Notes: generated by a model not told the origin, from the letters alone. DNA of 64,000 nucleotides from Dictyostelium discoideum (GCA_000004695.1 CM000152.2:704001-768000); one strand, 5' to 3'; positions 1-13,582 are shown, counted from the stretch's first letter. Program-made: numbers and translations.

Positions 1-45
1 TCTTCATCACTATCAATGATCTCTTCTTCTATAATGATTTTATTA

Positions 46-85
<40 letters not shown>

Positions 86-750
86 TCTTTTTTTTTGCCA
101 TGGCTTTTTATCTTTATTTATCTGTTTTTTAAAATAAAAAAAAAATGAAAATAAAAAAAATAAAAAATAAAAAATTCAGAAAAAAAAATGTTTTTAATTT
201 TGTGGGTCTCTTCAAAGAAATTTTATTGTGGTGAAAAAAAGAAAAGTGTGTTTAAAAAATGGTTTTTTTTTAAAAGTCAAAAAAATATTAATAAAAAAAT
301 ATTCAAATTTGGGAAATAAATTATTTTCTTTATTTTTTTTTTATTTTTTTTTTTTTATTAAAGATTTAATTGTGTTTATTTTTAAAATTGATTTAGTGTA
401 GATAAATAGTGCACCCAAATATACACAAAATGATACAAAAAATAAAAAAAAATGAATGTAATCATTCATATTTTTTTTTTTTTTCTTCATTTCTTTTTTA
501 AGTAATTTTTTTTTTTTTTATTAAGGTAAAGGATGTATCTTTCATCAGTAACTCAAAATTTCATATCGATGTGATCATATCAAGTCGTAATGAAGGAAAT
601 CATTCTAGGCAACCTCTTAAAGTCATCAGAACAAAGAAAAATAAATTTCAACCTGCTTGACTAACAAAATTGCACATCATTGTTAAACTTTATAAAATCA
701 TACAAAAAATTTTATTATACTCAATTAAAAATAATTAAAATTATGGGAGA

Positions 751-783
<33 letters not shown>

Positions 784-1713
784 CAGAATTTTTTTTTTTT
801 TTTTTTTTTTTGATTATTTTTATCTCTTTAAAATCACCAAAATCATCAACAATTATACCAAATAAAGATAAATTATCTCTTTCTAAAAAAATAAAAATAA
901 AAAAATAAAAATAAAAATAAAAATAAAAAAGATAATAAAAGATTACACACATTTTTTTTTTTTATTTATTTTTTTATTTCAAATTAAGAATAAAAATTAT
1001 GTTCCCCGTTTAACAAGAAAATCGTTCTTAAAATTCAAAAAAAAAAAAAAAAAATTAAAGATTGAAATAAAAAGGAATATTGTAAAAATTGTAATATATT
1101 TTAAAACCTGACGATGATGGTAATTCTCAAGAAAATTTTTATTATTCTAGTTTATTAGGTGAAGATAACTTGGAATGGATAACATTGAAAAATATTATTT
1201 AGTACATTGTAAAATAATTACTTGGAAGTAGTTGGAGAAATAAAATCAAAATAATTTTTATTATAAATTTAAAGCTCTATATAAATATATATATTCAAGT
1301 CATTATTATTTTATTATTGTTTTAATTTATATTCTTCAGATTTTGGGAATTATTAAAAAAAAAAAAAAAATAAAAAATAAAAAAAAAAAAAAACAAAGAA
1401 GAAAAGAAAAACAAACACACACACCACAACCAGTGGGTGTGATTGTAACACCATTATTGGTTTTGTTTTTTTTTTTTTATTTTTTAATTATTTAATTATA
1501 TTTTTTTAATAATTAAATTTAAATCCTCTTTTTATTTTTTATTTAAAAATTGTAATTATGTATTTTTTTTTTTTAATTATTTTTTATTTTTTTTTTGAAT
1601 TAATTTATTAATATTATTATAATTTTTTATTTATTATTAAATTTTGATTCTATTTTTATTTTTTTATTTTTTTTTATTTATATATTATTAAAATAAATAT
1701 TTTATTATTATAA

Positions 1714-3567
1714 ATGGATAAAATAATAATATTAATAATTAATTTATTAATTATTGTTATTATAAAAATTAATAAATGTAATTCATTGGATATTACATTT
1801 TTAATTGATTTTAATTCGAGATTTCATTATGATAAATCTGAATGTGGTGGATCAATTGAAGTAGATACATCAAGATTAGATAATTTTTTTCAAGAAAATT
1901 ATCTAATCTATCCACCATGTAAATCATTTGATGATGTTGGAGATAGAATTAGACAACTCTCATTAAAATCATATGAAAATGTATCATTATTTATAAATAT
2001 TAAACCATATGATTGGAAAAATCAAGAAATTACCTCAAATGGAATTAAAATTATACCTTCATTTTGTCATTTTTCAATTTCAATGACAGATGATCAAAAT
2101 AATAAAAATAATAACAATGAAGATTATTTAATAACAATCCAAGGTAGATCAGAATTCATAGGTTATAATTTTACAAATGATATGATATGTTATGATAATA
2201 AAAATAATAATAAGAATCCAAATAGAATGATATTAAAAAATTTAAAATTTAAAAAATGGGGATACCCAATAATTGTTATTTATCAAGATTTAAAGAAATT
2301 AAAGAAACCAACAATTAATATTGAATTTAGTAATATTAAAACTGATGAATCAAATGTATTTTTAGTTAGTGTTAATGGTAATAAAAATCAAGCTATTAAT
2401 TTCATAATTGAGAATTGTACATTTTCAAATATTTTAAATGAAAATCATACAACATTAATATGGGTTCAAGATAATAATAATATTTGGATTGATAAATGTA
2501 AATTTGATAATATTAATATATCAATGGCATTAATAGTTAATTTGAATGGAATATTGTCAATTAAAAACACAGATTTCAATATGATTACAATTAAAAACCA
2601 AGATCCTATACTATTTAATCAAAATCAGTATATTGAATTAAATAATATTAATGTTAATGGTAGTTCATTCAGATCATTTTGTGTACAAGGCTATAGAGAA
2701 TCACAAACAATTAATAATATAAATAAAACTAATATAATTAGAAATATTAATTTCATAAAGAATACAAATACAATATTGAAACCGATTTTGGACCAGGATG
2801 ATATTCTAACTGGTTTAATAATAATAAATGGTGATGTAGCTTCTGATAGTGGTAGTGGTAGTGGTGCACCACCAACTAATAAATCAATAAATAATTTAAA
2901 AGTTGAAATTACAAATGTTTCAATTGAAAATTTCAATCAAATCAATGATAATACTAAAAATTTAATTGTAACTTTTAATATTCATACTCTAACAATTAAT
3001 AATATTAAAATTTCAAAACCAAATCAATTTAAATCATCAATATTCACAAATGATACAATAATAATTATTAATAATAGTAATAGTATTTTATCATCAAATA
3101 TATTTTGTGAAGGTATTAATAATTTAATAAATATTGAAATTAATGAAAATTATAGTATTAATAGTGGTGAAAATAATAATAATAATAATAATAATTATTT
3201 AAATAATAATTTAAAAAAGTATTGTAAAAATTGTACTTTAAATTATATAACAATATTAAATAAAAATAATAAAAGCAATAATAATAATTATAAAAATAAT
3301 AATAATAATAATAATAAAAAAAATAATAGTGATGATGATTTTAAGAAAATATTAATTATTCCAATTGTATTGGGTGGAATGGTATTTTTATCATTATTTA
3401 TTGGTATTATAATTTTTAGAAAAAGAGTTGCAAAAAGATTTGGTAAAAATGATAATTATGATGGTGGTAATAGTAACAATTATAATGATATAGATAGATT
3501 GGATTTTGGAAATATTGATAATTTTGGAAAATTGGAAAATGAATCTTACCACCACCAGTTATATTAA
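1714..3567 (+). CDS. Hypothetical type I membrane glycoprotein (N-terminal signal/anchor, Asn-rich ectodomain, single C-terminal TM helix)
   Basis: Intact 617-aa ORF. Hydrophobic leader MDKIIILIINLLIIVII. Many N-x-S/T sequons. C-terminal TM segment ILIIPIVLGGMVFLSLFIGIIIF followed by basic stop-transfer RKRVAKR. No recognisable conserved family. Confidence 0.45.
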   Translation: MDKIIILIINLLIIVIIKINKCNSLDITFLIDFNSRFHYDKSECGGSIEVDTSRLDNFFQENYLIYPPCKSFDDVGDRIRQLSLKSYENVSLFINIKPYDWKNQEITSNGIKIIPSFCHFSISMTDDQNNKNNNNEDYLITIQGRSEFIGYNFTNDMICYDNKNNNKNPNRMILKNLKFKKWGYPIIVIYQDLKKLKKPTINIEFSNIKTDESNVFLVSVNGNKNQAINFIIENCTFSNILNENHTTLIWVQDNNNIWIDKCKFDNINISMALIVNLNGILSIKNTDFNMITIKNQDPILFNQNQYIELNNINVNGSSFRSFCVQGYRESQTINNINKTNIIRNINFIKNTNTILKPILDQDDILTGLIIINGDVASDSGSGSGAPPTNKSINNLKVEITNVSIENFNQINDNTKNLIVTFNIHTLTINNIKISKPNQFKSSIFTNDTIIIINNSNSILSSNIFCEGINNLINIEINENYSINSGENNNNNNNNYLNNNLKKYCKNCTLNYITILNKNNKSNNNNYKNNNNNNNKKNNSDDDFKKILIIPIVLGGMVFLSLFIGIIIFRKRVAKRFGKNDNYDGGNSNNYNDIDRLDFGNIDNFGKLENESYHHQLY

Positions 3568-3797
3568 TTTCAACAAAACAAGAATAATTATTAAATTAAT
3601 AAATTTTTCATAAAGGTTGATATTAAAAAAAATTGTCATTTAAAATAAAAAAAAAAAAAAAAATAAAAATAAAAAAAAAAAAAAAAAATAAAAATTTGTC
3701 GTTTTTACAAGATGGTTTTGTTTTTAGAAAAAAAAAAAAAAAAAAAAAAAACTTTTTCATTTTTGATTTACACACCACAAAAAAAAAAAAAAAAAAA

Positions 3798-5485
3798 ATG
3801 ATTCCAAATTTATTAAAATCATCAAAAAATCATTTAAAAAATATTTCTAAAATTAGAAATAATTTTAATTTAACAAATCAAAGACATCAAATTATTTTAA
3901 TTTCATCAAATAATAATAATATTAATAATAATAATATTATTAAATCATTAAATAGTAGTATTTTATTTTCAAATCAAAACAAAAACAACAACAATATTTG
4001 TTTCAATAATAATAATAAAAGATATTATAGTATAAAACCAACACATAACGAAAATTTAATTAGTAAAGCATCAGAATTAATTAATGAATCAAGATTTGAA
4101 GAAGCAATTAAATTGTTGAATACAGCAATTGAAATTCAACCATTAGATGCTAATGCATATGCATTACGTGCTGACACTTTAGAATTCTTGGGTAGATATG
4201 ATGAAGCAATTTTAGATTATGAAAAGATACTTGGATTTCTACCACAAAGTATTCCATGTTATTCATCATTAGCATCATGTTTTTATAATAAAGGTGAAAT
4301 TGATCGTGCAATTAGATATTTTGAACAAATTTTAATTATTGATCCAAATGTAAGTTATAAATATTTATATATATGTACTTTAGTAAAAATCATTAATTTA
4401 TAAATAAATTATAGTATATACCAGCAAATGGATTTTTAGGTGATATTTATTTAAAAAAAGGTGATTTAAGTAAATCATTAGAATATTATAAAAATGTATT
4501 AAGGATTCAACCAGAGAGTGTTATTGGTTTAGTTGGGTTAGGATGTTTGGCATTGAAACAAAATAATAAAAAAGATGCAACAAAGATCTTTCGTCAAGTT
4601 ATAAAATTAGGTGAAGGTAAACCAATTTCATTTTTCCAAACATCAGTATCAACTAGTGGTGGTAGTAGTGATAATAATAATAGTGGCAATTATTATCAAA
4701 ATGATGTAAAATTTAAAGGATCAATTGATAGTAATCCAATCTATATTGCACATGTATCATTGGCACATATATATTATAATGAATTGAATGCAGTTGAAGC
4801 ATTGAAACAGTTTAATAAAGTTATAGAATACAATCCAAACAATTCCAATGCATTAGCATTAGCATCGACATTGAAGCAACAAGATGGTCAGCTTGGGGAA
4901 GCATTGGAAACCATTGATAAATCACTTGAACTAGACCCATCCTCAGAGTTCAGTAAATCGATAAAGGCTGATATTTTATATGATTTAGAACGTTTTGAAG
5001 AGGCTGTACCCTTGTTTAAGGAATTGCTAGCTGGCTTCCTTCAAGGCGAGAACCCAGACCCAGAGAAGGCATTACCTCGTCTATCGGTTTTACATAACTT
5101 AATATTATCATATGCCCATCTTTCCGCCCAATTCCCACAAATCATCGATTTCAATGAAATCTCTCAAAAGATTGAGCCAATAACAGAGATGGAACAACTT
5201 TCAAAAACTCCTGAAACCCTTTTCGAACTAAATGCTTCTTGTAGACATTGGGTTAAATTCTTTCAAAGATTATCACAATCAGTTTATATTAGTGGTACCG
5301 TTCAAAGAGAATTCTCTGATTTAATGTTAGAATTCTTCCAATCAATAGCTTTAGCTGCAAGTGAAATCGTTCAAATTAATCATCGTGAAATGCAAAATCA
5401 ATCTGAAAATCCAATCTTATCAAAAGATGATGAAATGGAAAAAATGTTATTTGAATATTATACTGATTTAACTTTTTCAATTTTA

Positions 5486-5520
<35 letters not shown>

Positions 5521-5539
5521 TAATAATAATGATAATTAG
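3798..5539 (+). CDS. TPR-repeat protein, 2 exons (3798..4349, 4415..5539); N-terminus looks like a mitochondrial presequence
   Basis: ATG at 3798 follows a poly-A tract; the upstream part of ORF 3633 is just translated poly-A. GTAAGT donor at 4350 and ATAG acceptor ending 4414 are both phase 0 and join two ORFs in frame. TPR-like A/Y/L spacing, e.g. EAIKLLNTAIEIQPLDANAYALRADTLEFLGRYDEAILDYEKIL and SKSLEYYKNVLRIQPESVIGLVGLGCLALKQNN. Confidence 0.55.
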
Positions 5540-5647
5540 AAATAATAAAAAAAAATATATAACCCTCTTATTTTGTTTAAAAAAAAAAAAAAAAATTGTA
5601 TATATAAATAAATATATATTTTTTATTTTTTTTTATTTTTTTTATTT

Positions 5648-5957
5648 TTAAAAATCAATTAAAATTTCAATATTTTGATCAGGATGATAAGATTCAATAG
5701 CTTGTTTACAATGTTCTAATAATTCTTTTAAATGATGTAAACTATATGATGCTTTTATTCTTTCTTGTTCATCCCAATCATATTGAAGTGTATCTCTTTT
5801 AATTTTAAATGGTTTTTGTCTATAATAAATTGAAATAATTGGTACACCTGCTATATCACCAGGGAATTTTTCTTTATATTCCATAGTAGATTGATCTATA
5901 AAATAATATAATACATTTTTATCTTTTGAAAATAATTGTTCAATATTTGATGCTCTA

Positions 5958-6010
<53 letters not shown>

Positions 6011-6709
6011 TGATGATGTTAGTGCATGTTTATTTATCTCAGTGTACGTATGTGTGTATAAATGAAATGAAATATTTGAAAATAAAGAATAATATTAAAA
6101 CACAACATACAAATTTCTAGATTGAAAATACCAATCAACACAATGAACCATAAAAATAATATGAGAAGGATCATCATATGCAAACTGCATTGCTTGTTCT
6201 AATGGAGTGAATTGAATTGATTTTGAAAATTTAATTCTTTGTTTATTTACAACACTATTATATAACTCTTTTGGTGTTAATGCAATTGAAGTTGCCATTG
6301 AAGCTGATGAGAATTCATCATCATCACTTGAATCATCATCATCATCATAATCTTCATCGTCATCATCACTGTAATCTGTTGAACTTAATTTTGTTGAAGC
6401 TTTTTGGTTACTGATTTGTTGTGCTAATGCAGCTTGTTGTTGTGCTAATGTTTTCTCTTGTTGTTGTTTCTCTTGTTGTTGCTGTTGTTGCTGTTGTTGT
6501 AATAATGCTAATTTCTTTTTTGATAATTTCTTTGTTTTTTTAGATTTATCTTTTTCTGAAAGTTCACTCTCTTTAGTGATTATACCACTTCCTAAATTAC
6601 CAGAAGATGGTTCATCTGAAAGAAACTTCTTTAATGTATTTTTATGTAACTTTTTTAAATTTGTTTTTTTTTCTTTTTCAATCTCTTTTTCACTTTTTTT
6701 TGAACCCAT
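5648..6709 (-). CDS. Hypothetical protein with a basic N-terminus, poly-Gln tract and acidic Asp/Ser tract; probably 2 exons (about 6095..6709 and 5648..58xx), junction unresolved
   Basis: Two minus-strand ORFs are separated by an (ATT)n-containing AT-rich gap with a GTATGT donor at about 6105 and a TTTTATAG acceptor at about 5896. I cannot make the phases agree with canonical sites, so they may be two separate small genes. No family recognised. Confidence 0.3.
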
Positions 6710-6804
6710 TATTTTTTAATATTATTACAAATAATAATTTTTAATGAAAAATGGATTTTTTAATTTAAAAAAAAAAAAAAAAAAAAAAACCAATTTAAAT
6801 TTTC

Positions 6805-6841
<37 letters not shown>

Positions 6842-7078
6842 AAAAATATATATATTTACCAGTTTGGTATTTTAAAACAATAAAGAAATCCAAAACAAAT
6901 ATTAAGAAATTTAAAAATTAATTGATGTAAAAATCAAGTAAAAACTTTTTTTATTTATTTATTTATTTATTTTTTATTTTTTTTTTGTTTTTTTTTTTTA
7001 ATTTTATTTTATTTTTATTTTTTATTTTTTTAATTTTTTTTTTTTTTTTTTTTTTTTTTTTCGAGAATCGTTCGGTTT

Positions 7079-7120
<42 letters not shown>

Positions 7121-7189
7121 ATTCTTTCTTTTTTTAAACCCTATTTTTATTTTTCCTTAAAATAAAATAAAATAAAATCAAAAAATAGG

Positions 7190-9754
7190 ATGTCAGAACA
7201 TAGACATAGATCAGGTGATTTACATCAACAAAATAAAGGATTCAAAGGAGGTAAACATGATAGTAAAGGCGCTATCAAGAGAAGAGCACAAGGTAAAATT
7301 GAAACCAATGGAGCAAGACAATCAATCAAAAATTTAGCAATTGTAAACAATAAAGATGCAATGAGACAAAAACATCAAAAATTGGTTAAATCTAAAAAGA
7401 ATGAATTATTAGAAAGAAAAAGATTAGGTTTACCAGATCAAGTTGCACCACGTGTTGTTGTAAGTTTTTTTGTTTTTTTACTTTTTTTGTTTTTTATTAT
7501 TATAATAATATTAATATATTTTTTAAAAATTTATTTTTTTTAGACAATTATTAAATTATCAGAATCATGTAATACCAAAAAAGTAAAAGAAATGTTATTA
7601 CAAAAATTTAAATTAAATATAAATACTGGTGAAATGGAAATGGATAATGAGGAAACATTAAATAATAAAAACAATAATAATGATAATTTTACAACTATTT
7701 CATTAACAAGTAAAGTTAGAATGATGTTATTAGAATGTCAAACAATGGCATACGATCAAGTTATTGAATTTTGTAAACTTTCAGATATTATATTATTTGT
7801 AATTGATGCAAATCAAGCCAAATTAAATTCTGAAGCAGAACGTATTTTCACGATTGTTAAAGCACAATCAGTGCCAACCGTGATTGAAATCATTCAAAAT
7901 TTAGATCAAACACCAATAAAGAAAAGAAATGAGTTAAAGAAATCGATTCAATCAGTTTTTCATTTTCATTTCCCAAATGAACCAAAAGTATTACCAATGG
8001 ATACAAATGATGAATGTTCTCAAGTTTTAAGATATATTGAAAATATACATGTAAATGAAATCATTTGGAGAAAAGTTCGTCCATATATGTTAATTGAGAA
8101 ATCTTCATATATTCCAGAGACTAAGGTCGTAACAATCGATGGTTTCATTAGAGGTAATAATTTAAGTGCAAAACAAATCATTCATATTCCAGATTATGGT
8201 GATTTTCAAATTGAAAAAATTGAATTAATTGATGATCCACATATTCGTAAGAAATCTTATTATACAAACAACAACAACAACAATAGCAACAATAACAATA
8301 CTGGTGGTGGTGAAATGGAACAAGATAAAAAAATTAATATTTTAGATAAGGTTGATCAAAAAGATAAAGATACACTTCAAACTTGGAATGTTCCTGATCC
8401 AATGGATAATGAACAAGCATTACCAACCGCTGAAGAAATGAAAGAAATTGAAGCAAATAAAAAAAAGAAATTAGTACCAAAAGGTACCTCAGGTTATCAA
8501 TCATCTTGGTATTTAGATAATGAATCTGATGAAGAAGAAGAAAATTTTGAAAATGAAGATTTAGATATGAATCAAGAAGAAATGGGTCAAGATAAAGAAG
8601 AAGAAATGGGTGAAGAAGAAGAAATGGGTGAAGAAGAAGAGGAAGAAGAAGAAGGACAAGAAGAATTAGAAGAAGTTAAAGAAAGTAATAAATGGAAAGG
8701 TATTAAACATAAATCACAAATTACAGATGAGTTATTAAAAGATAGTGATGATGAGGATGATGATGAAAATAAAGAAGAACAATCAGAAGATGAAGATGAA
8801 GATGAACGTAAACAATTACAACAAGATGAAATTTTATATCCAGATGAAGTTGATACACCCGGTAATGTACCATCACGTATTAGATTTTCAAAATTCAGAG
8901 GATTGAAATCATTCCGTTCTTCACCATGGGATGTTAAAGAGAATTTACCAATTGATTATGCAAAGATTTTCCAATTCCATTCATTCAATCAATCAATGAG
9001 AGCATCGATTGCTATTCTTGATAATGCACCAGCCAAACCAGATATGTATGTTAGAATTCATTTAGTTAATGGTCCAAAACAATTGGTTGAGCGTAATACC
9101 ACCGCGATCACCACCAAGCCAGAGGTTGCCGTCGGTCTTTACCGTTATGAAAATAAGATTTCATTATTACATTTCTCTGTTGAAAAACATAAATCCTATG
9201 AAGAGACTGTTAGATCTAAAGAAGAGGTTTACTTTCACTTTGGTTGGAGAAAATTCTCAACTTCACCAATCTATTCAATTAGTTCACCAAATTGTGATAA
9301 ACAAAAGTTTGAAAAGTTTTTATTACCTGCTAGAAATACAATGGCAACAATCTATGGTCCAATCACTTATCCACCAGCTCCATTATTAATTTTCAATGGT
9401 AAGGATTGTAATGAATTGGTTGCAACTGGTTATCTCTCAAGTGTAAATCCTGATCGTATCATTTGTAAACGTATCATTCTCACTGGTGTTATTGCTAAAT
9501 CAATCTCAAAGAAATTCGTAACCGTTAAAGATATGTTTTATTATCCAGAAGATATTAATTGGTTTAAAAAAGTTGAACTTTATACAAAGATGGGTCGTGT
9601 TGGTCATATAAAAGAACCTTTAGGTACTCATGGTCGTATGAAATGTCAATTCGATGGTACTATGAATCAACAAGATACAGTTTGTATGAATCTTTATAAA
9701 AGAGTTTATCCAAAATGGATTAAAGATGATTCATCTTTATTAAAATTAGAATAA
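7190..9754 (+). CDS. tsr1: Pre-rRNA-processing/ribosome biogenesis protein TSR1 homolog (Bms1/Tsr1 family); exons 7190..7459, 7544..9754
   Basis: N-terminus MSEHRHRSGDLHQQNKGFKGGKHDSKGAIKRR matches the Tsr1/Bms1 N-terminal motif (yeast MAGHSHRSS...KGALKR). C-terminal block YVRIHLVNGP...LLHFSVEKH...FHFGWRKF matches the Tsr1/Bms1 C-terminal domain. Phase-0 GTAAGT donor at 7460 and TTTTTTAG acceptor ending 7543 join in frame. The internal acidic E/D-rich insert is typical. Confidence 0.85.
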
Positions 9755-9813
9755 ACAAATAAAAAAAAAAAATAAAAAAAAATAATTAAATAAAATAAAT
9801 AATTTTAAAAAAA

Positions 9814-9844
<31 letters not shown>

Positions 9845-9906
9845 TATTTTTATATATACTTATAATTTATTTTAAATTTTATTTAAATTTTTATTTTAAA
9901 AAAATT

Positions 9907-11329
9907 TTAAAAAGATGAAGAAATTAATGAAGATTGATTCATTGATAAGATATTACTATTTTTTTGATTATTAATTAAAGTATTTGCAATTGAAGAGATT
10001 GAATTATTTGGTAAAAGAATTAATTTTGTAAGTGTTGAAAATTTGGTAAAGATTGATGTTGAAACACCAACAGAATGAGTGATTGAAGCTTGAGCTGGAG
10101 TGCCACGTCTTTCAAGGTCTTGAGAATTGTTTGCACTAGAGGCAACCAATTGTGATAAAACTGTTTCCTTTGGATAGGTGACAACATGTGGTTGAACATT
10201 TGATGCGATACCAACCAATTCTTTGGCAACTTCAATTGCCTCTTTCAAGCCACCCAATTTATCAACGAGTGAGAGTTTTAATGCTTGAGCACCAGTCCAA
10301 ACACGACCACGAGCAATCTCTTCAACTTGATCACGAGTTAATCTACGACCTTTACTAACTTTACTAGTGAAATCTTCATAAATGAAATCCATATAACTAT
10401 TGACCTCGGCCAATTGCTTTTCTGTGTAATTGTGTAATGAGGAGAAGTAAGTTGAATTGTCAGTGGCACCATCTGGATTCAAATGGAGGGCATCAAATTT
10501 GACATGAACCTTCTCTTCCCACATTCCTTTCAAATTGAATTTAGCAGTTAAAACACCAATTGAACCAGTTAGTGTTGCACCCAATGCAACGATTTTATCG
10601 GCATTACAAGCGAAGAAATAACCACCACTTGCGCAATAGGTACCCATTGAAATTACGATCTTCTTGCCTGCTTTCTTTGATGCTTCAATCTCATGATGAA
10701 CCATATCCGATGCGATATAAGAACCACCTCCACTATTGACTCTAATTACGATTGCTTTTACATCTTTATCCAAAGTGGCTGAACGAATTGCCAATACTAA
10801 ACTATCACTACCAATTGATGGGCCACCATTGTATTTATTGGCACTTGTACCTTGATGAATTGTACCCTCTGCATTAATCAATGCAATAACACCTTGTTGT
10901 GATCTACCAAACTTTTTACCATATAATGGTTTGGTTTTGGCATTATATTTATGGGCATATAAAAGATTTGAATTCTTTTTAGTGGTTTCCAACTTTTCAT
11001 AGGTTGTAGTATAAACTTCATCACCATACAATGTTGAATCAACCAATTTATTTACCAATGCTTTATCAGATGAAAATGGTCCACTTTCAAATAATTCATT
11101 TACTCTTTCTTTAGTTAATGATCTATCCTTTGCAATATCTTCAATAATTTGTTCATAAAGACTTTTAAAAATTGCATTCATTGATTCCTTTTCTGGTTCT
11201 GTTAAATGTTCATTAACTAATCCACTTAAAGCATTCTTTATTTATAAAAAAAAATAAATAAATAAAAAAATAAAAAATTAAAAAATATATATATTAATAA
11301 ATTAAATTTATTTTAAAATAAATAGAATA

Positions 11330-11380
<51 letters not shown>

Positions 11381-11796
11381 CTTACTTTATATTCTTTTCT
11401 TGTAATTGTATCTGGTACAATATTTAATTTTTCAAGAGTTTTCTTAATGAAAGCGAAATCATATTGAGTATTAATTAAATTTAAAGTACCTGATGGTGCC
11501 ATATAGACATCATGGAAAATTGAAGCCATATAGTATCTACCAATACCACTACCAGCCTCACAGAATGAATCAGTGAAAGCAACGGTTCTCTTACCTTTAC
11601 TCTTAAAGAATGAAATTGCATTTCTAAATTCTTGAATATTTGCTAATGAAAATTGATTTTCACCACTTAATCTAACAATTAAACCAATCACCCTCTTATC
11701 ATTTGCTGCTTTTTCAATTGCATCTAAAAGTGATCTAAATGAAATAATATTTGGATCAAGTAATTTTTCAATTGGACTAATATCAACCTAAAATTA

Positions 11797-11834
<38 letters not shown>

Positions 11835-11854
11835 TAAATAAATATAAAATTAAA

Positions 11855-11885
<31 letters not shown>

Positions 11886-12110
11886 TATTACATCAGATGT
11901 ATCAATTGTATTTGTAAAATCAATTTCTAAAATTGTATTATTTCTAATTCTATTTTTGATTAATTTAATTAATTTTGAGGTTACAATGAGACCAGTGGAA
12001 ATTAAAAATGATCTAAGCATTGGATGTTCATTTAAATATTTGGTAACTTCTCCAAGTTTTTTTAATGAGTCTAACTCTATGTTTTGTAAATTGTGAATGA
12101 TTTTACTCAT
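9907..12110 (-). CDS. Signal peptide peptidase SppA / protease IV (peptidase S49, two-domain 67K type); exons 11892..12110, 11386..11787, 9907..11235
   Basis: Catalytic-domain motifs: VIRVNSGGGSYIASD, MGTYCASGGYFFACNADKIVALGATLTGSIGV, and the C-terminal GRVWTGAQALKLSLVDKLGGL. The non-catalytic N-terminal S49 half is RVIGLIVRLSGENQFSLANIQEFRNAI. Introns have GTAATA and GTAAGT donors and TTTTAG and ATAAAG acceptors, and exon lengths are phase-consistent (219, 402 and 1329 nt). Confidence 0.8.
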
Positions 12111-12483
12111 TTTTTATGTTTATTATATTTATGTTTATGTTTATTTGGATTTTTTAATAAAGGTGAGAGGAAAAAAAAAAAAAAAATTGGGTTCTTCCAC
12201 AAAAAAAAAAAATTTAATTTAATTTAAAAAATAAAAAATAAAAAAAAAAAAAATAAAAAAAAAAAAAAAATAAAAAAAGTCGTGATGTTTTGTGTGCGTG
12301 TTTAATATCTTTGAAAATTATTCGCCAAATTAGGGTTATAATTATTATTATTATTTACATATTTATTTTTTTTGATTTTTCACTTTTTTTTTTTTTTAAT
12401 TTTTTTTTTTTCAAGATATTTCCATGAAAAAAAAAAAAAAGAAATAAAAAAAAAAATATTTTGGTTATAACTTTTATAACTTT

Positions 12484-12532
<49 letters not shown>

Positions 12533-12609
12533 CTACCATTATAATGTGGTATTATAGTATTTCATAATGTATTGTAATTTGTAATTTATTTGTTTAAAAA
12601 AAAACTTAT

Positions 12610-13246
12610 TTATAAACCAGGGATAGTAGGTTGATTATGCTGTTGTTGGTGTTGATGTTGATGTTGATGTTGTTGATGCTGTTGGTGTTGTTGGTGTGGA
12701 TGATGTTGGTGATGTGGAGGTTGGAAACTATGTTGTTGGTGTGGATTATTATTATTATTAAATTGATGTGGTTGCATCTTATGAATTGGCATTCCCGGTG
12801 AAAGGACCATACCTTGTTGTTGATGTGGTGGTGGTTGCATACCTTGAAATGGTAGTATTCCTTGTTGTTGTTGTTGTTGTTGTTGTTGTTGATACATTTG
12901 ACCTATTAATGATGATAAATAATAATAAAATGTTGTATAAATTAATAAATTAATAAATAAATAAATAAATTAATAAAAAAAGGGAGACTATTAATAGTAG
13001 TCTTTAAAACATACCATAAGGAGTAGGTATAATACCCATTGGTGGTTGATGAATTAATCTTCCTTTTGATTCTTCATATTCTTTTAATCTAGCTTCAATT
13101 AAACTTTGTGTGAATTCTGCTTCAAATTGTTGATAAAATAACTGAACTGCTAGTTTATGCTGTTTACCAACTGTATGTGATTTTCTAACTGAAGGACTAT
13201 CATGTGTTAAATATTTATCACAATAGTCACAATAATATTTTGGCAT
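12610..13246 (-). CDS. snrpC: U1 small nuclear ribonucleoprotein C (U1-C); exons 13015..13246, 12610..12902
   Basis: N-terminus [41 protein letters not shown] is the U1-C matrin-type zinc finger, nearly identical to metazoan and yeast U1-C. A phase-1 GTATGT donor and ATTAATAG acceptor join it to a Gln/His/Pro/Met-rich C-terminal tail, as in other U1-C proteins. Confidence 0.85.
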
Positions 13247-13548
13247 CTCTTTTAAATATTAATAATAAATAAATAAATATATATATACAATTGTTGGTAT
13301 TTATTTATTAAATTTTCATAAAACAAAAAATAAAAATAAAAAAAAAAATAAAAAAAAAAAAAAAAAAAAAACGGAGGTAAGTAAAAAATAAAAAATAAAA
13401 AAAAAAAAAAATTTGTGTTATTGTGGAAATTTTGTAAATAAATAAATTTTAAAAATAAAAATTCTGTTTTCAAAATTATTATTCTTATTATGTTTAATAA
13501 TTATATTGGTAGACACTTTCTTTCTTTTTTTTTTAAAATTTTTTTTTT

Positions 13549-13582
<34 letters not shown>

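Noticed and set aside
1-110. Possible minus-strand gene start (ATG at 101..99 followed by an (AAT)n-encoded poly-Asn)
   Set aside because: All three frames hit stops within 50 nt, so it is most likely UTR or intron sequence of a gene lying outside the window.
680-952. Overlapping 61-aa (+) and 75-aa (-) ORFs rich in Phe/Lys
   Set aside because: They are translations of poly-T/poly-A and (AAAAAT)n tracts, with no complexity, no splice context and no homology.
3633-3797. ORF-track start [18 protein letters not shown]... for the TPR gene
   Set aside because: It is translated poly-A promoter/5'-UTR sequence. The first plausible initiator is ATG 3798 (MIPNLLKSSKNHL...).
12768-12953. Plus-strand 61-aa poly-Val ORF
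   Set aside because: It is the antisense of the (CAA/CAG)n Gln/His-rich tail of U1-C exon 2. The poly-Q antisense ORFs at 15859..16053 and 16140..16473 are rejected for the same reason.
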